From Candidatus Sericytochromatia bacterium (GTDB taxonomy: Bacteria > Cyanobacteriota > Sericytochromatia > S15B-MN24 > UBA4093), in the NCBI GenBank assembly GCA_036676495.1, contig JAKFCT010000080.1, positions 1-64,000 on the forward strand: a stretch of DNA of 64,000 nt, read 5' to 3'. The position numbers and the translations under genes were made by a program. Below are positions 56,778 to 64,000 of the stretch, piece after piece (position 1 is the stretch's first letter; each line of letters begins with the position of its first letter). A model generated the notes under the pieces. That model did no database searches. It was not told where the DNA came from and saw only the letters and a program-made list of their open reading frames with translations.

Positions 56778-58220
56778 TTACGCCTGGGGCATGGCGGCGA
56801 TCAGGTGCCGCTGCAACTCCTGGAGGGAGACCTCTTCCTCGCGGCCCCAGGGGTTGGTGATGCTGACCGTGCCGCTTTCGGCGTCGTAGCCGGTGACGAG
56901 CAGGTAGTGGGGGCTGGTGTTTGATACGCCGTCTCCGTCCACGCTGTAGTTGACGAGGACGGGAACCTCGCGTCCCGGTTCGGCCTTCGCGAGGGCCGCC
57001 TCGAACTCCGGGCTGACGCGATCGCTCATGAGCGAGTAGGTGACGCCGTAAGAGCGTCCCGTCATGCCTTCGACCAGCTTGACCATCTCCGTGGGGAGCA
57101 TGCCGGGGATGTCGACCTTGAGCGGCCCCACGCTGACCTGGCGGCTGTCCTTGACGTTGCTGTAATCGAACCGGCCGTTCGCGTACTCCATCAGGGCCGA
57201 CTGGAAGAGGCGGTTCGCGACCGAGCGGCGATCGCCGTCCACGTCGTTCCAGTCCGCTTCCCGGTGGATCTCGTCGCCGTTCTGGAGCTTGACGGAGCCC
57301 TCGGGCGAAGCGAGGCCGGCCGCCACGCGCACGTACTCGGCGGGCTCTTGCATCGCAAGGACCACCTGTCCGGTGGTGGGGCCGCAGGTGTTCTGCTGCT
57401 CCTGACTCACATTGATAGGATCCTCCACCTGGGACAGCACGTCAGCGAGCAGGTCTTGCCGGTCGATGCCATCGGCGAGGGGCTGAGAGGCCAGTGCGGA
57501 GAGGTTGGCGAGCAGGCTCTTGCCGGTCGCGAGGTCGTTACCGCCGGGCAGGCGACCGTCCAGTAAGAGATTGCGCAGCTTGAGGCGGGCGACGGGGTCG
57601 GAGTCGAGCTGGGACGCCACGGCCTTGAAGGAGTCGCGGTCCTCGGGCTTCAGCTTCTGCAAAGCCTCCTGCTCGTCGGCGTCGGTTTCTTTCAGGCGCG
57701 CACGGGCGGCGGACGGCGTCACGGCTTCCGGCTCGCGGACGACCTTGGTCTGGAACTTCTCGAAGAAGCCGTTGGTGGCCTTGTTGAGCTGGCCGCCGGC
57801 CCAGGAGATGAAGTCCGAGGCGGCGCGTTTCATCTTGCCGAAGAGGTCGCCGAAGAAGCCCTTGACGGCGTTGTAGGCCGAGGCGATTCCGTCGAGGCCC
57901 TTCTGGAGGAGGGAGTCGTCGTCTCTTGCGGGCTTCGGCTCGGCGAGCGCTTTCGCGAGGGCCTCGAAGCCGGCCTCGGTGTCGATCTGGTCGGCCTGGT
58001 TCGCGGCCGCGGCGTAGGCGCGATTGAGCACGTCGCGCTGGCGCTCGTCGGCGCTTTGATAGGGGATGGACTTCGAGAACTCCGATCGGTCGAGCTTGCC
58101 GTCGCCGTTGGTGTCCAGGCGTTTGAGCTCGTCGACCTTGGTCAGCGACGAATCCTTTGCCGGCTCGGCCGATTGGCGCTGGAGCGGAAGCTTGTCCGCG
58201 ACTTTGTTTTCGATACGCAT
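56778..58220 (-). CDS. EF-hand protein with putative papain/C39-like cysteine peptidase domain
   Basis: EF-hand DTNGDGKLDRSE; Q....TCGPTT, HYLLVTGYD, ITNPWG (Cys-His-Asn); no signal peptide. Confidence 0.65.
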   Translation of the reverse strand: MRIENKVADKLPLQRQSAEPAKDSSLTKVDELKRLDTNGDGKLDRSEFSKSIPYQSADERQRDVLNRAYAAAANQADQIDTEAGFEALAKALAEPKPARDDDSLLQKGLDGIASAYNAVKGFFGDLFGKMKRAASDFISWAGGQLNKATNGFFEKFQTKVVREPEAVTPSAARARLKETDADEQEALQKLKPEDRDSFKAVASQLDSDPVARLKLRNLLLDGRLPGGNDLATGKSLLANLSALASQPLADGIDRQDLLADVLSQVEDPINVSQEQQNTCGPTTGQVVLAMQEPAEYVRVAAGLASPEGSVKLQNGDEIHREADWNDVDGDRRSVANRLFQSALMEYANGRFDYSNVKDSRQVSVGPLKVDIPGMLPTEMVKLVEGMTGRSYGVTYSLMSDRVSPEFEAALAKAEPGREVPVLVNYSVDGDGVSNTSPHYLLVTGYDAESGTVSITNPWGREEEVSLQELQRHLIAAMPQA

Positions 58221-58475
58221 CGGCGATCCCCCCCGGCGACATGACGGCTGCTTATTGCATGTATTATGCCCAGCTACCCGAGCAAACTGGTGTGCGCAGG
58301 CCAAATCTCCCGGGAAGCGGGGAGGGGGACGGGCCGCAACGCCCCTGGTGACGCGGGCGAGCGTGAAGTTCGAAAGAAAGTGCTATGAGTCCGGAGTTTA
58401 GTCCAGTCCATTTTTCGCGGGCATGACGTACGCTTTTTCGTCGGAGTCGCTGTTCTGGCTGAAGCGAGGTCTGAC

Positions 58476-59528
58476 GTGGTTCGAAAAGGGTACGCCCGCC
58501 TCTTGGTCGCGTGGGGCGTCGCGTTGATGACGGCAGGATGTCCGGGAGCGGCCCCGGAGCTCGCCGCCCTGGACATCACGCGGGTGGCCAAGGTTTCGGT
58601 GGATCAGGGCACCTCCAAGGTGATGGGGACCGTTCGGCTCCCGGCAGGGGCCTTGGATACGCTGGCGACCGATCCTCAGCGCTGGGTCTTCGTGGAGGGG
58701 GCGACGGTCGCGCTCGAGGATGGGAGCGGCAATCCGTTTCCTGGTTTGTCGCGCGTACGGACGGATGCCTCCGGCGCCTTTTCGCTCGATGGGGTTCCCC
58801 GGGGCGTATCCGTCCGGGTTCGGGTGAGCCTCGAGGCCGGGGACCGGATCTTCCGCATGCAGAAGCTGCTCCGGCCCGGTGAGCCGCTGAGTTGCTCCCA
58901 TGTGGACCTGGCGACGACCGTGGTAGCGGACAAGCTGCTGAGCGGCTCGCCGCTGATCCTGCATGACCCGGGGCTCCAGGGGGCCGAACTCGTCGAACTC
59001 TTCAAGCCTGAAGCGCTTGAGGACGTGGAAGCCACGGTCCGGCAGTGGATCGTCGGCAACCCGAGCGATCCGGAGATCTGGCGAGCCGGTTTGTCGCAAG
59101 GGGGCCTTGCTGATCGCTTCGATGCGATCGCCCAGCAGGTTTCCGGTCTGGCCCAGGCTTACCATGGCGTGTTCGATCGGGCGGATAGCTCCTTGACGGT
59201 GCGGATCGCGGCCGTCGGAACGAACATGGTCGGCCAGGCCCCGGACATCCCGTCGGTTTCGGGGATCTTGACCTTCCAGGTCAGCGAGGCGCCGGCCGGG
59301 ACCGAGCGGGTCGAGTACTGGATGCTCGGGAACGGCGTCCGTCAAAAGGTCGGCGAGGGGACCGAGCCCATTGCCTACAAGGTGACGTTCGATTCTTGGG
59401 GCCTGCGCGACGGCTCCTATTCCCTGGTTCCCGTGGTCGTGGGGCGCGACGGCTCGCGCCAGATGCTTAACAACTACCGTTTGATGGTCGACAATTCCGT
59501 CGCGACGCAGTGTCCGTTGCCGCGGTGA
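58476..59528 (+). CDS. Hypothetical lipoprotein with transthyretin-like and Ig-like domains
   Basis: Lipobox-like TAGC; RTDASGAFSLDGVP; C-terminal ERVEY...FDSWGLRDGSYSL. Confidence 0.7.
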   Translation: MVRKGYARLLVAWGVALMTAGCPGAAPELAALDITRVAKVSVDQGTSKVMGTVRLPAGALDTLATDPQRWVFVEGATVALEDGSGNPFPGLSRVRTDASGAFSLDGVPRGVSVRVRVSLEAGDRIFRMQKLLRPGEPLSCSHVDLATTVVADKLLSGSPLILHDPGLQGAELVELFKPEALEDVEATVRQWIVGNPSDPEIWRAGLSQGGLADRFDAIAQQVSGLAQAYHGVFDRADSSLTVRIAAVGTNMVGQAPDIPSVSGILTFQVSEAPAGTERVEYWMLGNGVRQKVGEGTEPIAYKVTFDSWGLRDGSYSLVPVVVGRDGSRQMLNNYRLMVDNSVATQCPLPR

Positions 59529-59540
59529 CGAGGAGGCTCG

Positions 59541-60434
59541 ATGCGTTTTTCACGATACCTGGTCCTTTCTTTGGCCCTCTCGCTGACGGCCTGCGCCCCT
59601 TCGGGCGGTCTGGCGCCCGTTCGCTTCCTCGATGCCGGTGAGGCGCGCCTGCTGGGGGTGATGTCGGATCAGGCCCGCGTCCTGGTGAGCGTTCAGGATG
59701 AGCGAAAGGCCGCTTATCGCGTGCAGGCGGGCGGAAGCCATTCAGTGCGCCTGACCCTGAGCAATGCGGCCCAGGGGATCAATCCCGGCAAGACGGATGC
59801 GCGCTTCGTGAAGGATTTCGATCTGACGGCGCAGGATCAGACCCTCACGGCCTTCAATGCGTTGCGTCCCGAAACGGGTTACGAGCTCGGAGTGGAGTGG
59901 CGTGATGGCGCCACCCTGATGGGCTCGGGCCGCGCCGCGGATATCGCGTTGACCGCCGGGCAGACGACCATGGTGAACGTCGTCATCAACCAGCATGGGA
60001 ACATCGCCCTCGCATACTCCAATGTCGGCAATCCGCTCGCGGACAAGCTCGTCGTCCTGGGCGACACGGTCCGCTTCGGGACCGGCTTCTCGGGAATCTC
60101 TTCCTCGGCCGTGGCCTTGGTCAAGACCTTCAAGGTCACCCTTGGTCCTGAGCTCTTCGCGGATAACCAGCCCCGGGTCATGACCAAGTCGGTCACGCAG
60201 CTCTCCGACTTCTCCCAGTTCGACTGGAATACCGCCGTCACGGATCTCAGCGCCACCTGGGGAGCGGGCGCGGATTCCTTGAACTACAAGGCCTTGAACA
60301 CCCCGACCAACACGAACGTGACCTTCCAGCTCTTGGATACGAACGGGAAGCTGATCGGCGAGTCGGAGATCTCCATCAAGGCCGTCAGCGGGGCGGGGCT
60401 CGGCGTGAACCTCCACCTGCCCCAGACCCTCTAG
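59541..60434 (+). CDS. Hypothetical lipoprotein
   Basis: AGGAGG RBS; lipobox LTAC; beta-rich; N-domain shared with the 61780 protein. Confidence 0.75.
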   Translation: MRFSRYLVLSLALSLTACAPSGGLAPVRFLDAGEARLLGVMSDQARVLVSVQDERKAAYRVQAGGSHSVRLTLSNAAQGINPGKTDARFVKDFDLTAQDQTLTAFNALRPETGYELGVEWRDGATLMGSGRAADIALTAGQTTMVNVVINQHGNIALAYSNVGNPLADKLVVLGDTVRFGTGFSGISSSAVALVKTFKVTLGPELFADNQPRVMTKSVTQLSDFSQFDWNTAVTDLSATWGAGADSLNYKALNTPTNTNVTFQLLDTNGKLIGESEISIKAVSGAGLGVNLHLPQTL

Positions 60435-60438
60435 CGCC

Positions 60439-61767
60439 ATGCGGCATCTTGCTCTCGCCCTGGGGGCACTCGGTCTCCTCGTCCAGCCCTTGAATGCAGT
60501 CTCGGCCCAGCCGGTCGAGATTCGCGGCAAGGGGAAGCCCTTCGGGTTTGACGCGCGTACTCAGACCGTCTCGCTGCCCCTGGTGCAGCCCGGACCTCGG
60601 TATCGTTTGCCCGAAGGATCGGCGGCCAGTCGCTTGCCTCTGGATGGCACCTCTACGCTGCCGGGCATGAGCGTACATGCGGATGGTCCCTACGTCGCCT
60701 ACGTGGAGGTCGATTCCCGGCTCATCTCCCCATCGTATCGGCACTGGACCTCCTCGATGAACCTCTCTCAGGGACTCGTCGAGCGGGTGCTCGTGGCCAA
60801 GAACCGGCCTGGCATCGTCCGGATCGCCATCCGGGCCCGCGAGCCCATCCGCTTGCAGACGCACCTCGAGCGGCATGGCGAGACCTGGCGGCTCGCGGTT
60901 CGTCCCATCTCGCGACCCGCGCCGAGCGTCGAGCCCGTCGCGGCGCCTCAGCCCGTTTCGGTCGTGCCTGAGACCGTCGAGCCGACTCCAGAGCCGCTGC
61001 CGAGTCCGGAACTCCAACCGATCGCGTCAGCCGAGCGGGAGCCGATCCTTCCGAGCGCGGCGCCGGTCCCGCTTCCCGAGCCCCTCCGCACCCCGGAAGC
61101 CGCCCATGAGGCGCGCTCGCGCTTCGAGCTGCGGCGCCGGATCATCAGCCTCGCCGAGGACGTCCCGCGCGGCGGGGCCAACGGCATCGAGGCCGCGGGC
61201 CTCGGGGCCTGGGAACTCGACTGGCTCCACGCCTGGACTCCCCGGCTCGCCTCCCGCTTGCGTCTGGGGCTCTGGGACGCCTACACGATCCAGGATCTCG
61301 ACCTGCCGAACTCCACGCACGAGCGCTTTCCCGCTGAACTCTCGGTGGCCTTGCAAACGGAGTCCGCCTGGGGCGCCTTGCGCCTGTCTCCGTATGCAGG
61401 AGCCACCTTGCGCCGGGTCCAGGTGGTCAACTCGTTCGAGAGCCTGGCTCCCATGTACGTCTTCTCCAGTCAGGCCGCCTACTTCGGTCCCGAAATCGGC
61501 AGCCATGCGGCACTCCCCCTCTGGGGCCCGCTGAACCTGGTCGGGACGGCCTTCGTTCGCCCCGTCACCTGGCTGTGGCTCGATCCGGGAGTGCCCTCGG
61601 TCGGCCCGCTGATGGGAGCGGGAGGAACGCTCGGCCTGGAGCTGACTCAAGGCCCCTTGCTAGCACGCCTGGAGCTGGGCTCGGAAGTGCTGCGGGGCAT
61701 GACCACGCGATTCAGACAGGATTTCTGGCCGCCTAGCCTCGGCCTGTCCGTCGGCTATCGGTACTAG
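60439..61767 (+). CDS. Exported protein: AMIN-like N-domain, Pro-rich linker, probable C-terminal beta-barrel
   Basis: Sec signal (VSA); AYVEV...VERVLVA.NRPGIVRIAI; PEP-rich linker; alternating strands ending LGLSVGYRY. Confidence 0.65.
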   Translation: MRHLALALGALGLLVQPLNAVSAQPVEIRGKGKPFGFDARTQTVSLPLVQPGPRYRLPEGSAASRLPLDGTSTLPGMSVHADGPYVAYVEVDSRLISPSYRHWTSSMNLSQGLVERVLVAKNRPGIVRIAIRAREPIRLQTHLERHGETWRLAVRPISRPAPSVEPVAAPQPVSVVPETVEPTPEPLPSPELQPIASAEREPILPSAAPVPLPEPLRTPEAAHEARSRFELRRRIISLAEDVPRGGANGIEAAGLGAWELDWLHAWTPRLASRLRLGLWDAYTIQDLDLPNSTHERFPAELSVALQTESAWGALRLSPYAGATLRRVQVVNSFESLAPMYVFSSQAAYFGPEIGSHAALPLWGPLNLVGTAFVRPVTWLWLDPGVPSVGPLMGAGGTLGLELTQGPLLARLELGSEVLRGMTTRFRQDFWPPSLGLSVGYRY

Positions 61768-61779
61768 GGAGTGGAAACG

Positions 61780-63384
61780 ATGCGCAAATCCTGGATAGCC
61801 CGCTTGGGAATGGCGGCGATGCTCGTCGGGTTGGGCTGTGCCCCTCAAGGGGCCTTGCCGTCGCTGCGCGTGCAAGTGGCCCGGGACGATGCGGCCAGTG
61901 CCGTGGCCGAGAGCAAGGTCTCTTTGCGGATTTCATTGCCCTCGAGCTACCAGGTGCAGTCCCTGAGCTGGGCCAAGGCGCGCCTGACGCTGAGCAACGC
62001 GAACTCCGCGCTGCTGCCGGCTCCTCGCACCCAGAACGTCACGCAGGCGGGCGGCGGCACGGTGACGGAGGCGACGTGGGTCGTGCGGTCGGGCACGGGC
62101 TACGACCTCAAGGTTTGGCTCTACGACGCTCAGGACCGCCTGGTGGCGGCGGGCATGGCCGGGGGGTTCGAGCTGAAGGCCGGCCCCAACTCGGTGACGG
62201 TCCCCATGGGCCCGGCGATCCTGGCGGCGTCCTATCCTCCCGTGGCTTCGACCGGGGACGTGCTGACCTTCGAGGGGAGCTTCGGCCCGGAGGCGACGGT
62301 GACGTTCCCGGGACTGGCGACCCCGGTCGCCGCGACCCTGATGGGCATGCATCGGGCGCAAGTGACGGTCCCGGCGGGCGTCAGCGAGGGCCCCGTCACG
62401 CTCCGCACCGGCGGAAGGGACTTCGCGTCACGGGGGCTCACCGTCATGAACAAGGCTCCGGCGCTCACCTCCTTCAAGCTGGCCGGCAACACCAGCGGTG
62501 CCGGCTTGTTTGTCCTCTATCACACCAGCTTCAACCTGGGAACTCAGTTCTACGTGGCCGGTGACTTCTTGAACGGCCACCTCTACAGGGCTTCCCGCAA
62601 CTCCGACGGGACCCTGGGCGCCTTCCAGACCGTCAGCGGCGTCTCCATGGCGCGCGACATGCATGACGGCCTGCTGCTCGGGAACTATTACTACCTGCTC
62701 GGGGGCACCTGGCCGAGCGGTCAGGAAAGGCGCGTCCTGCGGCTCCCGATCCGCCCGGACGGTCAAAGCATCGACCCCCACGATCCGCACTACGTCAACG
62801 AGCTCCCGCAAAGGACCTCGAAGGCGATGGCCGAAGTGATCGGGCGTTTTGTCTATGTCCTCGGGGGCGGCTTGGGCCGAGACGTTTACCGGGCGCCCAT
62901 CACCAGCGAAAACGGGGATATCGGGGCGTTCGAGAGCGCCCCGGGGCTGCCGTTCCGGGCGAACATGGGGTTTACCTCGGAAGTGATCGGCCGCTACCTC
63001 TACGTGCTGGGGTCGCCATTACAGTCCGAGCCTTCCGTTCGGCGGGCGCGGATCCGGGATGACGGCTCGCTGGAGGAGTTCACGGACCTGAACACGGGGC
63101 TCCCGGCGCTTACCTACCACCAGAGCGTGGTGCTCGGCTCCCACCTCTACGTCTTGGGGGGAGAGAAGGCGGGCCTTGGAGCAGGCATGTCCCCGGACGT
63201 CTGGCGCGCTCCGATCCTGCCCTCCGGCGATCTCGGGACGTTCGCGAAGGTCTTCGCGCTGCCCGCACCCCGGAGCTATCAGTACGTTTCCGTTTCGGGG
63301 CGCTACGTCTACCTCTCCTTGGGAGACAACGCGGACTACACGTTGAACCCCGATATCCACGTCGCGGACGTCGGGGGGCCCTAG
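61780..63384 (+). CDS. Lipoprotein with IPT/TIG-like domain and Kelch-like beta-propeller
   Basis: Lipobox GLGC; TGDVLTFEGSFG...VTVPAG..GPVTL (IPT); repeated (Y/F)xYVLGG and RAxI..dG.lG.F blades. Confidence 0.78.
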   Translation: MRKSWIARLGMAAMLVGLGCAPQGALPSLRVQVARDDAASAVAESKVSLRISLPSSYQVQSLSWAKARLTLSNANSALLPAPRTQNVTQAGGGTVTEATWVVRSGTGYDLKVWLYDAQDRLVAAGMAGGFELKAGPNSVTVPMGPAILAASYPPVASTGDVLTFEGSFGPEATVTFPGLATPVAATLMGMHRAQVTVPAGVSEGPVTLRTGGRDFASRGLTVMNKAPALTSFKLAGNTSGAGLFVLYHTSFNLGTQFYVAGDFLNGHLYRASRNSDGTLGAFQTVSGVSMARDMHDGLLLGNYYYLLGGTWPSGQERRVLRLPIRPDGQSIDPHDPHYVNELPQRTSKAMAEVIGRFVYVLGGGLGRDVYRAPITSENGDIGAFESAPGLPFRANMGFTSEVIGRYLYVLGSPLQSEPSVRRARIRDDGSLEEFTDLNTGLPALTYHQSVVLGSHLYVLGGEKAGLGAGMSPDVWRAPILPSGDLGTFAKVFALPAPRSYQYVSVSGRYVYLSLGDNADYTLNPDIHVADVGGP

Positions 63385-63418
63385 CGCCCCCCTAGCGCCT
63401 GCAGCAACGGCGATTGTG

Positions 63419-64000
63419 TTAATGGACGACGCCGTAGAAGCACTTGAGGTAGTTGGTCTCGGGAGCGGCCGGCAGGACCGGGTGGTCGATGCCCGCCCCG
63501 CGCAGGTCGAGCTGCCGCAGGCGGCGGCCCGAGTCGTTGGCGGCGTCCTGGATCACCGAGACGAAGGTCCCGGCGTCCATGTGGTGCGAGCAGGAGGCGC
63601 TGACGAGCATGCCGCCTGGCTTGAGCATCCGGATGGCCCGCAGGTTGATCTCCTTGTAGCCCCGGATCGCCCCCGGAATGGACTCCTTGCTCTTGGTGAA
63701 GGCTGGCGGGTCCAGGATGATGAGATCGTACAGCTCCTTGGCCTTCTCTTGCTCGCGCAGGAAGTCAAAGGCGTTGGCCGTGACCCATTTGCAGCGGTCC
63801 GCGACGCCGTTGAGCGCGGCGTTGGCCTCCCCCTGGGCGATCGCCTCGGCGGAGATGTCCACGCTGACCACTTCGGTGGCGCCGCCGAGGGCCGCGGCCA
63901 TCGTGAAGCCCCCGTTGTAGCTGAAGGCGTTGAGCACCCGCCGTCCCTTGGCGAGCTCTCCGACCCGCAGGCGGTTCGGGCGCTGGTCGAGGAAGAAGCC
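63419..64000 (-). CDS. rlmI: 23S rRNA m5C1962 methyltransferase RlmI-like (5' truncated by window edge)
   Basis: GFFLDQRPNR, VLNAFSYNGGF, ILDPPAF, SCSHH, DHP, YLK. Confidence 0.88.
   Translation of the reverse strand, partial: GFFLDQRPNRLRVGELAKGRRVLNAFSYNGGFTMAAALGGATEVVSVDISAEAIAQGEANAALNGVADRCKWVTANAFDFLREQEKAKELYDLIILDPPAFTKSKESIPGAIRGYKEINLRAIRMLKPGGMLVSASCSHHMDAGTFVSVIQDAANDSGRRLRQLDLRGAGIDHPVLPAAPETNYLKCFYGVVH

Overview
High-GC bacterial chromosomal window (about two-thirds GC in sampled 60-nt lines) from a diderm organism rich in lipoproteins. In order it holds: a 2-oxoacid dehydrogenase operon tail (E1beta end, E2, lpdA, lipB); a CHASE3-GGDEF cyclase; a split cell-envelope locus (polytopic membrane protein, transpeptidase-only PBP, SpoIID ... 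exported AMMECR1-domain protein, thioester alpha-2-macroglobulin, VanW); a low-GC anti-phage island (type II CBASS CD-NTase/Cap2/Cap3/Cap4-SAVED plus a convergent Septu-like ATPase+HNH pair); a complete clade II nitrous oxide reductase cluster (nosZBDFLY plus a cytochrome c); a pirin-HxlR-pirin unit; orphan histidine kinases including an SLC5-fused CrbS/CbrA-like sensor; a 3-hydroxybutyrate uptake/oxidation operon; the glyoxylate shunt (aceB-aceA); a tandem amidase; an EF-hand cysteine-peptidase-like protein; a three-lipoprotein plus beta-barrel operon; and a partial rlmI. The best candidates for undescribed systems are the six-gene alpha-2-macroglobulin/AMMECR1/VanW/PBP/SpoIID module and the lipoprotein + beta-barrel operon. 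All family calls come from motif recognition by eye; no database search was run.
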